Part shown: one piece after another, positions 51,810 through 64,000 of the stretch
Numbering within the stretch: the stretch's first letter is position 1
How the letters are laid out: each line of letters starts with the position of its first letter
Assembly (NCBI GenBank): GCA_015680685.1
Contig: MNCI01000651.1
Coordinates: 1,541,832 to 1,605,831 of the forward strand
Origin: Gnetum montanum
Taxonomy: Eukaryota > Plantae > Gnetophyta
Reading direction: 5' to 3'
Length of the DNA: 64,000 nucleotides
The notes under the pieces: model-generated
What the model was told of the DNA's origin: nothing
Databases searched by the model: none
The model's input: only the letters and a program-made list of their open reading frames with translations
Translations under genes and position numbers: made by a program

Positions 51810-54156
51810 TGATGTTGTTAAGCCCATTTTACACCTAGTGATAAACATAGTTGAGAGTGAAATTGGATCTAAGTCTAAGTAATTACAAGTAAGTAAATCT
51901 ACTGTAGCCTAAGGTGATGAGTATCCAATCCTAACTTTTTGTACACACCTTGGATTTCATGTAACTGTTACTAGGCTATTAAGCGTTATGCTATTGGGCA
52001 TACTAAGCAATAACACTACTGGGCATACCAAACAATTACACTTAAGTACTCAAAATCAATCATACTCATTCCACTTACTATTAGCAAGTAAAAGTAAAGT
52101 ACATTGGAAAAATGATGTGCTATGCTAAGAAAGTAGTAACATTATGCTAAGTGGAACAATAAACTAGGAGAATGCTACAATTGTAAAAATAGCTTGATCT
52201 TTATTTCCATGCATAATTTGTGTCCAAGTACAAACTTCTCAAAAAAAGATTCTATTTACTATGTCACACCACACTGTAGAGATTCATACTTCTAATCGCT
52301 AAGTCTAATTTAGAGAAATGAAATTTTAAGAATCTAGTTACTATCAGAATGAAAAGTTAGTGGATCATGCATCCAAGTGTCATATTTATAGGGCTACACA
52401 CATCCCAAGACATCATATCAACAATGACATATCATAAAAAATAGCATTGGATTAACGACATCATTAATTCAATGTCGTATGACTTCAAAATTTAACTTTA
52501 TCATAACCCCATGACTGACGAGAAAATTGTCCTTAAGTTAAAAATAATGAGGATAGAGTCCCTTACAAAATTGGGAGATAGATTTGATGATACTTGACTA
52601 ACTACTATTTTCATGACTTTGAATTCCATAGTGGTGTTTGTACAAGATTGACACAAATGTATGACAAAAGAAAAACAAAAATGGAGGTGTCTTGATGTAG
52701 ATTAAGTTCTAGGTGGTGGTGGATTTTCCATTGACTGCTTCCATTTGTTGTTAGGATTCTTGAATTGATATCTATTTAGTAGTGCCTAAAGCTTTTTTTC
52801 CTTCATTTTAGGATCATGTACTATCCATGCTTGTTGTGCAATGTGTGATGGGACTAGTACATACCATGGACATGGTAGCTACGAGAACATTTTGTTCACC
52901 TTGACATACCATGCTGCAACTATTGCTTTCTTCTTCAAATGCTTTGTTCATTTTGTGCAATTCCTAATAATCTAACATTCTTATGGCTAAGCTAGTTACA
53001 AGGTCTTTTTGGCCCTGCTAGTTAGCCTTTATTACTTCAAGTTTTGAATTTGCCACATGTAACTTTTGCAAAGCATCTTTTTGATCATTAAAGTCTTTCT
53101 CATATAGGATGTACACTGCTGCTACCTATTGCTCCAATTCATTCTTAGGCCTACCTATTATCAACATGGCCAAGTTAGCATACTAAATGTTTGCTAACCC
53201 CATGTATTCCTTAAGGTCCTCAATCTGTAGGTCTTTATTCTTAATTTTTGCTTGGTGGACATGGGCAAGGCTATCTAGAATGGGTTGCCAATTAAAATTT
53301 TGTGTTGAAATGATGCTAATCTTGGCCTTTGCCATTTGGATTTCCTTTTCATTTATCTACTTATACATGTCTAGTTGGTCATAGAAATGCTCTTTGAGCC
53401 TCTCATGCTTTTTGGCTTCATTTTACCATGCACTTGTCTTAATTGTAGACTTCTGTTAAATGGCATGTACCTCCTCCTTTGAGAGGGTTCTATTTTCTCT
53501 TGCTAGGGGACTCATATCTTGGTTGACTCGTACTAATTATTCTCAAAGTTGCTGGATGCTTTCTTTAAGGACATTTTTTGGCATTTAATGTTGGTCAATT
53601 GAGCAATTTCTGTAGTTATTTACTTATTCTCCTCTTGTAGGATAGTAAGTGCCTTGGCATGTGCATAAGTTTTTGCTTTGGTCATTGAGGAATCCATTAC
53701 CACTTTCTCCTTCTTGCTCTCCATTCACATGTTGTGGTTGATAAAGTGATTGATGTGTTTAGTTCTAAACTGATCTAGTTGGTTAGGTGTAACAAATTGA
53801 GTGGGATCTCTCTTTTTTCCCTTAAGGTCTTGAGCTCTTCTTGTAATCTGTAGACTTTATTTTTAGCATGCTATGCCCTAGTTTCTATCATGACCAGCTT
53901 TCCTTTGATGACTATGATATTAGATTAAATTGTAGTGACATCGCTAGGGATGCCAAAAAGATTCTACATCATTGTGTTTTGTGGGAATCATCAAGGTACT
54001 AGCTAACATTTGAGCATGTCTAGCTCCAAAAAGATTAGTTGGTCACACAATAGAAACATTAAAAGCTTCTTTGATGTGATCTATGATCACTTCTATAGCT
54101 CTTGTTGCATCTTGATGTTGCATAACCATGACTGTGGTTCCTTCTCCAGTCTCCAG
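51810..54156 (-). mobile_element. 3' part of a gypsy element (LTR-like ~51810-52567 plus coiled-coil ORF remnant); continues at 62908
   Basis: Minus-strand TGTAAGGGACTC LTR-like start near 52567; similarity in reverse to 43000-43500; degenerate coiled-coil frame 52900-53800; cut by the TSD-bounded element at 54157. Confidence 0.5.
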
Positions 54157-57100
54157 TGTGGCCCTTTTGATGTGTTTTTATGTGCTTAAAACATTAAGTA
54201 AAATGGAGAAAAAAGGTTTTTGTATGGTTATGTGGTTATTATGTTTGTAGGACTACATACACGAGGAACCAAGATGAACTAAAGAGGACAAGGAACAAAC
54301 TATATTAGAGGTCAAAGGAGGAGGTCACCCACATGTCTTCAAATGAACATCCAAAGAACATGGACAAGGACTTGATATTAAACAAGAAAAGTAGACATCA
54401 TTAAAGCATATACAAGATCAAGGTTATGAACAAGGAACGATGCATTCATCATGCAAGAGAAAGCAAAGAAATACATCTCTAGGAAGTAGCAGATGTCTTG
54501 GTAGATTTGGAGAGAACTTAGATAAAAACATCTTTAGAAATAACAAGATGTCTATCATAGACAAAGACATCTTTCATAGGGTAGAGACATCTTTACAGAT
54601 CATAGACTAAGTCCAAAAAGACATCTTCCACAAGATAAAGACATCTTCTAGAGTAGACTTCAGAAAGACATCTTTTAGGAAACAAATACATCTTCCCAGA
54701 TGTGAAGGCAAATTCAAAGAGACATCTCAGGCACAAGAAAGATGTCTCCCATGATTGGTAGTAACTGTTAGCTAGTCATTGTGTGGGTTTCGAGAATGAT
54801 TTAGCAACACCGTAGCTACTAGAAGACTTGATGTGCATTGGAAAAATTACAAGCCTTATTGTATTCATTGTACAATCATTTGTAATCATTGAATTCTCTG
54901 TTGGTATTCATTATCTTATCATTTTGGTGTTGTAAAGTGTCTTATACCATATTGTACAAGGATCAAAAAATTGAGTTGCAATCATTCCTTGTAATTCTTA
55001 TTCTTGTTTCCCTATGGGGTTGAGTTCCTTGAGCTTGTCAGGATCTTGTGGGATTGAGTTGTTGGTGCTGTGGTAAAACACTCGAGTGCAAAGCTCAAGA
55101 TTGTAAAGGTTGTAGAAGTCTTGAAACCACACTTCAAAGCTTGATTGGACCTTGGGAGGTTGAGTCATTGGTGGTGTGGTACAACACTCTAGAATAGGGA
55201 TTGAAGACTATACAGAGTGTGGACCCTTCAACCACATTGAGAGAGCAACAAAGTTCAGAGGTGTGCTTGTGATCTACCCTTTGAGTATGGAGTATGCACA
55301 TTGGGGAACCATGTAAATTAGTGTGTGCGCTCTATTTTATAAAGGTTCTATTTGGGGAACTTATTCATCCTCCCTTCTAAGTTCTAAAATCCACAAGTGG
55401 TATCAGAGCTTGGTACTTTTTGTTTCATCACCAACTTCAAGAGTGAACAATGCAGTGGACTTCTTACACAAAGCCACCCATGTTCAACGGATTTGACTTC
55501 ACTTATTGGAAAGCCAGAATGTAGGGGTTCTTCAAATCCATGGAGTTTGAAGTCTAGGAATCAATCTTGGAAGGCTATGCTCCACTCGTCGATGGAACCA
55601 CCGACATCATCAAGCCTTGCAACAAATGATCTTAAGAGGAAAAGGATAAGTTCATGTTTGATTCAAAAGCAAAAAATTGTTCATATTGTGCATTGAATAA
55701 ATCTGAATTCAATTGGATAGTAGGATGCAAAATGGTTAGAGAAATTTGGCAAAATTTAGAAGCTACTTATGAAGGAACCTCTATTGTTAAGCAATCAAAA
55801 TTGTTAGTTCTGCAAAGTAAATATGATAAACTCAAAATGTGAGAAGTTAAGAAAATCAAGGATTATTTTTCTAGAGCTAACAATCTTGTTGTAGCCATTA
55901 GAGGAATAGGGAAAGACTTGCTCAAAAGCAATGTCATCATTAAAATGATCAAAACTCTACAATTGAAATTGAGGCCTAAGGTCATAACCATGGAGGAAAT
56001 TAAAGATTTCTTAACTTTGAGATTTGAGGAACTTCAAAGTGCTCTCATCGTCTATGAAAGGAATCTCTTAAGTGAAGGAGTGATTCAAGAAAAACCTATT
56101 GCTCTAAAGATTACCTCCAAGGCGAAGGAGGTTAATGAGCATGATGAAGGTAATGAAAACAAGATGACTCTTCTACAATGATTTCCTACAAGAAGAAACA
56201 AAGGGACATCTTAGCAACAATAAAGACCAAATTTCTTCAAAGGTAGAGATTTTTTAAATTCTTCTAATGATCCAATTGATAGTAAAGTTCAACTAAAGAA
56301 TAGATCCAATGATGAGGAACTAAAAAAGATCAACTTTTATACAAGTTGGGATGATGGTGAGCAAAGTGAAGAAGAAGAATGCAATTCTCCTAAAGCTTCT
56401 CATCTCATCTGCATGGTTCTTACTGATGAATCTTTCTCACATATGGCTGAACAACATGGTAAGTATGATAAGAGGTATAGTGAATTTAAAGAAGAAAATT
56501 TTCTCTTACATCATTTGATTAGGAAGGCAAAGAAACTAGTGCTTTCTAAGTTAATGATATTCATGCTAAAATGAAAGAAGAGATCTCAGACATAAAAGCT
56601 AAGATTCAACAACTAACCTCTTATAACAAGAATTGTAGCAAACTTCAAGATGTGGAAATTGCTAAAAATCAGCTAAAAAATTTAGAGGAAGAAACACTTG
56701 AAGTTTCAAGCTCAAAGTCAAGCATAGTAAGGTTTGATAATTTTGATCATAAGGATGAGGCTATTTTTATATGTAAAAATTGTGGTTTTATGCAAACTAC
56801 AAATTATGATGATCAAAATAAGATTAATGCTTGGTCTTATCAAAGAAGCTTTGGTAAGGAAATGGTGTTGGTACCAATAAGTGAGAATGAAGAAAAATGA
56901 AGTATTGAAAATAATGCAAGGAGTGATCAAGGATTCTATCACAAGTGACATGAACAAATAGAGACATCACATACATGATCTAATGAAAGAGAACCTAAGG
57001 ATGGGGAGGTACTTCATGATAGGGGACCTCATCTCGAACTCCATTAATCTTCTTGATTTATCAACAAGCAAGGTAAGTCAAGGTAAGTCCTCTATCTCTT

Positions 57101-57970
57101 TGCTTGATAGTTAATAGGATATTATCCAAAATGGTCTATGTCCAGATCATATATGATGGAATAAGTGTTTAGAGAATTTCTTATATTGATTAATTAGTTT
57201 TGTGAAGATTTATAAAAGCAATTGTAATAATTTTTCTTGGTTTGATTTCTTGTCTTGCTCAATCTAAAATTCTTGTAATGATCTGTTTCTATGCTCATAG
57301 TCTTTGGAATGATTTTTGCCATTTATAAGATGAGAAAAACCTTTATTAATAGTGCTAGTTGAAGATCTATATCTCTACAAATTAAGCTTAATGTTGATCC
57401 ATAGTTATACTGTGTTTGTGATTTCTGCACATTGATCTTAAAAGCCAAAGATAAGTAGCACATATGTAGGGGGAGCCTACATCTCAATCATCTTGGGGGC
57501 CATCAATATAGGGGGAGTCCATTGAGACTTTAGCCAAAATGCACAATGAGCAAGAAAAGAACTTCAAGAGGTATTTATTGGGATGGAAAAGTCTTGAATG
57601 GTTGTGCATTAGGACTTTAAAAGATACTTCACAATATAAAAATACTTAGTTCCTTATTAGCATCTATTGTTTGTAAATGATTGTGATTGTTGTATTGACT
57701 TGTACTAAAATCAAAACATGCATGACTTTCATATTCTTTTGATAAATTCTTTTGGTTGAATCTACAATTACATGATGCTATCTATTAGATTAGTTTTCTT
57801 TTATGTTTGGTCTTTAGCATCGATCTTTATTGGTCCTTATGAATTTTGAATTGATAGCCCATTTATTTGATGTTCAATTATAAGCTTAAACTTAAGCATG
57901 AAGTATCTATTTTTATACAACAAGTAAATGATATTATAAGAAAGGCCATGATCATTTTTGGGTATGTATG

Positions 57971-59820
57971 TGTTGGCACATTTGGCCATTACATGGAACA
58001 GTTGGAATATTTTGTTCACAATTAGCACAATCCCTGGTTGTAAATTTGCAGTTTAGTATTGTGAGTTGATGGGTATTCTTGGAGAAGCAAGCCAATGGTA
58101 AATAATCTTGATGTTGAAGCCTCCTTGGAAAGTAAATTAAAATGCCAAGTTATTTTCTTGAGTGAAGATTGGAATAACAAAAAAAAAGGAGGTGATTATT
58201 TACCACAAGAAAGCATACTCCCTATTAATATTGGCAAAATAGACAACACCGTGGGTAATGGATTATCAAGAATCGGCTAAGAGTTGGAAGCAAGTGAAGG
58301 ACCTAATAGACTACCAACAGGTTTTGAATTCCATAAATTTAAATTATCAAAGGATGTAAAGGTTTCTGTATTGCAGATGAACCCAAATTCCCGTAAGTCC
58401 AAAGGCCCGTTGTTAACGCTGCTGGAGAAAAAATCGAAAATCAGAAAAACAGAACTGAATGCCGTGGTTTTTGGGCAAATCCATTGGCTTGCCATTCAGG
58501 ATTGTGCCCACGCATCGGCTGAATTTACAAATTGATGTTGCCGACTCGCCAGATGCCGAAAACAGTGAACCCGAGTTCGTGGAGTGCGTGGGAGGCCCTT
58601 CTTTCACCACTGAGCCGAGTTAAAGGGGGTTTCGGGCAGCAATCGCGTGCAGGCTATGTAGAAAGAACTGAGGCCAGTTTAGGGTAAAACGTAGTGGGCA
58701 TATCATCGATTTCAGCAGAGACACTTGTGGATTTCAGAAGAATGGACGCCTATTTCGCGCGATCAACAAATCTGGGTTTTCATTTGCGACAACGGCAAAT
58801 GCTTAAAAAACCCTGGTGAACGTTGCTTGAAGAATCTGCGCCAAATGTTGGAAGAAGACTTTGAAAGCCAGATAGTTTACCAGTTATCATAGATGGAAGG
58901 CAGCGAAAATCACGAAGCGATGATTAAATCATATAATCATCAAAACCTGCAGGGCATTTTTGAGAAGCAAAGGTTACAACAGTTGCAGATCCTTATGGAA
59001 CACACGGCAACGTTTCCTAACGTGGCGGCTAAGTCTTCTCCTGTGATGGCAGTTGCTGGTAACGATTTTTGGCCGAAGAAGATAATTTGAATCAGTTGCT
59101 GGCAGTTGCAGGATCGGTGCCTTCACCTTCGGGCTCATATTTCGGGTCATCCTGAATTTTAATTTCAATTATCGGGGATGCAGAAAGGATAAATTAACTA
59201 CCACTACCACCAATAAGGTGGATAGTATATTATATTTTTTATGAAAAAATCTTAGAGCTTAATGACACTTAGTATTTAAAATTTAAATTAAATTAAATTA
59301 GATTAGGAATTTTAGATTTATTTTAATAAATTATTTACAAAGGCAATATTTATAATATTTACAAATATTAATTTCTCCTAACTTTATGAATAACTTCCTA
59401 ACTATATAACTCCTTCCTAATTAAATGGGAAAGTAACCTCCTAACTTGTTGGGCAAGTAATCTCCTAATTGGTTGGCCAAGTTACTTGGGAGAAAAGTTA
59501 GCTAGGATATTTTGGCATGTAACTACCTTGTAAACCTTATAAAAAGGCTTCATGAGGAAGAAGAAAAGGAAGGATTTTTTGGAGAGATTGATTTTTGGGA
59601 GAGGAAAAACTTTTGGAGAAGAGACTTTTGGGAGGTCTCATACATCACACTTTGGAAGGCTACTAGTTAGCACTTAGGCTCTCACTTGAAGACACTTTGG
59701 GGTCTTGAGAAGAGCATTTGCAAAGAAGATTTGTAAAGACGATTGCTTGTAAGATGGCTTGCTAAAGAAAAGATTTCAGCCTCTTTGTCATGGTCCTGTG
59801 AGTTATGCATTTTATTTTTT
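57971..59820 (+). mobile_element. Young, long LTR nested in the copia element (partly assembled)
   Basis: Starts TGTTGG right after GTATG (57966-57970); CpG-rich; TATAAAA and GA-rich tract at 59540-59640; the matching ...CCAACA+GTATG end is on the minus strand at 60587-60597. Confidence 0.8.
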
Positions 59821-59821
59821 N

Positions 59822-61380
59822 AACCTATCTCTAAAATAATAATTCATTACTAGTGCAAGGTGCTTGAAATTTAGATATTCTTCATCTTTATAAAACATTA
59901 GCAAATGGGCATATCTTTATGGTGAGGTAAATATAGCCATATAACTTCACAATGGAAAACCATAGATGTTAGATGAATACATTCCCATAAAGTAATCATG
60001 TTATTGCTCACAATGTAGTAGGTAATGTACTGCATCCTCCACTTAAGGCATGATTGTAAAAATTGAGAACTACTCTTTGGAGGTCAAAACAAGGAGCAAC
60101 AATTAAATCAATAAGAATCATCCACATGCAATTTTTAAAGGTCAAAGCTATGAGTGAGACATGCATACTCCGATGTTTGTTCAAGGCAATGCAACATCCA
60201 AAGCCATTGATTAAAAATAAAACATGATGATAACTATACATTTATAAACTTCCTAAAATTTTCTCCTAATGTAAATATGACCACATATAAATAGTCAATA
60301 AATACAAAATACCAAAGAGCATGTAGAAACAGGTGTTCCATCAAGTATCACACAAATAGGAAAGCAAGAATATTACAAGTGTTGCCACACATATATCAAG
60401 AACTAATCCAAGTTTTTCAACCAATATTTAAGCTTGAAGTGAGGCAAATAATCTGTCTTCAAAATTAGTATGGATATTCATCTTGGTAAATGAGCATATA
60501 GCAATCTACAACTTTAAACTAGCCATGCCAAATTTCCAAAATTTACATCTCAAAACAAATTATTCAATGGATAACTCAATCAAAAGCATACTGTTGGTGA
60601 CCATTTGGGACGCGACCGCCAACGAGTGTCCTCGAATAGGATTTAGGTGCCTGCTGGTCTCTGGCAACACCAAGGCCCANTAGTTTAAAGTTGTAGATTG
60701 CTATATGCTCATTTACCAAGATGAATATCCATACTAATTTTGAAGACAGATTATTTGCCTCACTTCAAGCTTAAATATTGGTTGAAAAACTTGGATTAGT
60801 TCTTGATATATGTGTGGCAACACTTGTAATATTCTTGCTTTCCTATTTGTGTGATACTTGATGGAACACCTGTTTCTACATGCTCTTTGGTATTTTGTAT
60901 TTATTGACTATTTATATGTGGTCATATTTACATTAGGAGAAAATTTTAGGAAGTTTATAAATGTATAGTTATCATCATGTTTTATTTTTAATCAATGGCT
61001 TTGGATGTTGCATTGCCTTGAACAAACATCGGAGTATGCATGTCTCACTCATAGCTTTGACCTTTAAAAATTGCATGTGGATGATTCTTATTGATTTAAT
61101 TGTTGCTCCTTGTTTTGACCTCCAAAGAGTAGTTCTCAATTTTTACAATCATGCCTTAAGTGGAGGATGCAGTACATTACCTACTACATTGTGAGCAATA
61201 ACATGATTACTTTATGGGAATGTATTCATCTAACATCTATGGTTTTCCATTGTGAAGTTATATGGCTATATTTACCTCACCATAAAGATATGCCCATTTG
61301 CTAATGTTTTATAAAGATGAAGAATATCTAAATTTCAAGCACCTTGCACTAGTAATGAATTATTATTTTAGAGATAGGTT
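59822..61380. repeat. 700-bp apparently identical inverted repeat (arms 59822-60521 and 60681-61380); probable assembly artefact
   Basis: Arms are reverse complements where checked (identical 77-aa ORFs on opposite strands); each arm starts immediately after a single N (59821, 60680). Confidence 0.85.
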
Positions 61381-62907
61381 GCTTAAGCCTTTGCTTCAGC
61401 TTTAAGATTGAATTTCATTTGGAAGGTTTATTTTGCTCTTGCAAAATTTGGGGCATCCATTTATGGACTTGATAAATACATACTCCCTATATCTTTTTGG
61501 GATTATGAGTGATCCTTGGCTCTCCAAATTATGTGGATATTATTATCCTTTTTTTAGCTTTTCTACTCAAGTTTATGTACCTTATCATTTTTGTTATTGT
61601 TCAAAAAAGGGGAGAGTGGTCTAGTTATATTTGTATGATCACTAATCCATTTTTTGTAAGTTGTGAACATCACCAAAATGGGGGAGATTGTGGACCTTTT
61701 GATGTGTTTTGGTGTGCTTAAAATGTTAAGTAAAATGAAGATAAAAGTTGTTTGTATGGTTGTATGATTATTGTGTTTGTAGGACTATGTACATGGGAAA
61801 CCAAGATGAGCTAAAGAGGATAAGGAACAAACTATCCTAGAGCTTAAAGGAGGAGGTCATCCACATGTCTTCAAATAAACATCCAAAGAACATGGACGAG
61901 GACCTAATATTAAACAAGCAAAGTAGACATCATTAAAGAATATGGAAGTTCAAGGTTGTGGGCAAGGAACGATGCATTCATGATGTCGTAGAAAGTGAAG
62001 AAATACATCTTAGCAGTTTTGGAGAGAACTCAGAAAAAGATGTCTTCTAAAATAGCAAGATGTATTTCATAGACAAAGACATTTTTCACAAGGCAGAGAC
62101 ACCTTTACAAGCTGTAGACTAAGTCTAGAAAGATGTCTTCCACAAGAAAAAGACATCTTCCAGAGTAGAGACTTCAGAAATATGCCTTTTAGGAAACAAA
62201 AATGTCTTTCTAGATTTGAAGGAGAATTCAAAGAGATGTCTTAGGCATAAGAAATGTCTCCTAGGACTATTAGTGATTGTTAGCTAGCCATTGTATGAGT
62301 TTCAAGAAGGATTTAGCAACACGACAACTATAAGAAGACTTGATGTACATTGGGAAAAGTGCAAGCCTTATTGTATTCATTATATAATCACTTGTAATCA
62401 TTGAATTCTATGTTACTCTTCATTGTCATATCATTTTGACATTGTAAGGTGTGTTGTATCTAATTGTACAAGGATTAGAAAATTAAGCTATAATAATTCC
62501 TTGTAATTCTTGTTGTTGTTACCCTGTAGGATTGAGTTGCTTAAGCTTATTAGGATGCTACAAGATTGAGTTGTTGGTGTTGTAGTACACATTCCGGTGA
62601 AGAGCTTAAGATTGTAAAGGTTGTGGAAGCCTTGAAACCACATTTCCAAGCCTAATAGGACCTTGCAGGATTGAGTGATAGGTGGTGTGGTACAACACTC
62701 TAGATTGAGGCTTGAAGATTATATAAGGTGTGGATCCTTCAACCACATTTAGAGAGCAATGTAGTCCAGAGGTGTGCTTGTGATCTACCCTCTAAGCATG
62801 GAGTACCCATGTTGGGGAACCACATAAAGTTGTGTGTGTGCTTTGTTTTAAAAAGGTTCAATTTGGGAAGCTTATTCATCCTCCCTTTTTAAGTTCTACA
62901 ATCCACA

Positions 62908-64000
62908 TCTAGCATCACTTGGAATGATGTAGCATTCCCAGAAATCTATTGTGACCATTCTCCCCCTCCTCTTGACTGTAATAAGATTTGGCCACTAGTA
63001 GGATCTATTGAGATTTTTGGCCTAGTTGCATCATCAATTACTTTATAAAGGTTGTCTCCTTCACGTGTTCCCTAGCTGATAATCTCTACAATCTATAGCA
63101 GATGACTCATTGAAGGTCTATAATCTTACAATGGTGGTGGTGGAGCTTGTTGTTGTTCTTCTTACTATTATTGTTGTTGCTGCCAGTAATCAATTAGTTG
63201 CTAGGTATTGGGTCTTGCTTGCTATTGTTGAACTCTAGTTTGGATGGTTTTAATAGGAGTTGAGTTTGTTGCTCCCCTAGTACCTACCTATTTATGCACT
63301 TAATCTTTTTTTGGTGGCATTGGCTTTGACATCTTAGCATAGGAAGCATTTTATGCTTTCCTTAGAACATCATTGGTATAGCTTGAGATTCCTGCATATT
63401 TGCATAATTTCTCGATAAGGCATGGGAATGGTAGTGTAGGTTTCTCTACCTTCTTTTCTTCAATTTCTAGGAAGTAGAGATGGGTAGTGTTGATGTTGAA
63501 TTTTGCATGAAAATGACACTTCCTCTAGCTGCATATGTAGATATTCTATTCAATCTCTTTGTAGGGAACAAGTGATAGGTGCCAATCTTGAAATAAATTT
63601 TCTTTTTGGTAGTTAGCTCACTATATTCTTTGTTCTTGTTGCCATAAGATCTGTGTAGCCACAATCTTTTAGCATTAGTGTTAGATGTCTTGAGATTTGT
63701 ATAACATTAGCCCCTTCATTGGAAAAATTTAGAGCTTTGGCTATCGCCTCTACTAAGTATGGCTCAAAAATTCCTTCAATTTTCGCCATGGCATCTACTT
63801 GTTTGTTTTGCCAAAATTGTAGTGTCTCTCTTGAGTATTAGTCTCCACTTGTTGTCAAGGTTGATCACAAGGAAGATGATTGGAGTTGGGTCTTGACAAC
63901 ATATAGGGAAAAATCCATAAATGGACCAAAGTCAAGTTCCACAATTACTATGGACATGATAAACTTTTCTTGAAGGTATTCATGTTAGAGCATGAGGTGT
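62908..64000 (-). mobile_element. Gypsy accessory-ORF remnant (plant transposon protein-like)
   Basis: Minus-strand EAIAKALNFSNEG...YHLFPTKR...PTLPFPCLIEKLCKYAGI; LPFPCLI..LC..AG is typical of Athila/Tat-type extra ORFs. Confidence 0.6.

Larger units (their letters stand above)
54157..62907 (+). mobile_element. Copia (Sirevirus-like) LTR element, gag only, with nested insertion
   Basis: LTRs 54157-55395 and 61689-62907 (TGTGG...CCACA); PBS TGGTATCAGAGC 55398-55409; PPT AATGGGGGAGAT before 61689; TSD TCCAG/TCTAG; gag KPPMFNGFDFTYWKARM, EIWQNLEATYEGTSIVKQSKL, PKVITMEE. Confidence 0.92.

Noticed and set aside
54470-54750. Short AGACATCT/AGATGTCT repeats with variable spacers, superficially CRISPR-like
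   Set aside because: Degenerate 8-bp sub-repeats inside LTRs, irregularly spaced, in a eukaryotic context with no cas genes
58095-59168. Short ORFs in the CpG-rich block as exons of a host gene
   Set aside because: No recognisable motifs or consistent splice phases; the block starts at an LTR terminus with a TSD
59822-61380. Long hairpin as an siRNA-producing or foldback element
   Set aside because: Both arms begin right after single Ns, and the split GTATG TSD shows the left block is inverted in the assembly

Overview
Land-plant nuclear DNA from a large, heavily methylated genome (CpG-poor, many CAG/TGG>TAG decay stops). One host gene is supportable: a minus-strand lipid phosphate phosphatase (PAP2/LPP). 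Six coding exons splice in frame from 22253 to 1120, intron 4 is ~19.9 kb, and the last exon probably lies left of the window. Its introns and upstream region hold four diverged copies of one L1-clade LINE family: A 2159-7042 (+), B ~9660-11353 (+), D ~22870-23740 (-), and full-length C 26073-32849 (-) with a 17-bp TSD. Main result: ORF2 of this family does not end in RNase H. After zf-RVT it continues in frame into a plant-transposon-protein-like domain, an acidic linker, an E/R/Q coiled coil and, in A, C and D, a C-terminal DnaJ-type J-domain (HPDK intact in D; HPN in A and HLD in C, each one transition from HPD). From ~38.6 kb to the end is a nest of LTR retrotransposons: copia gag-only elements, Athila/Tat-like remnants and a young CpG-rich LTR. 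A 700-bp inverted repeat at 59.8-61.4 kb is most likely a mis-oriented contig, judged from a split TSD. All domain calls are by-eye motif recognition on manual translations; no searches were run.
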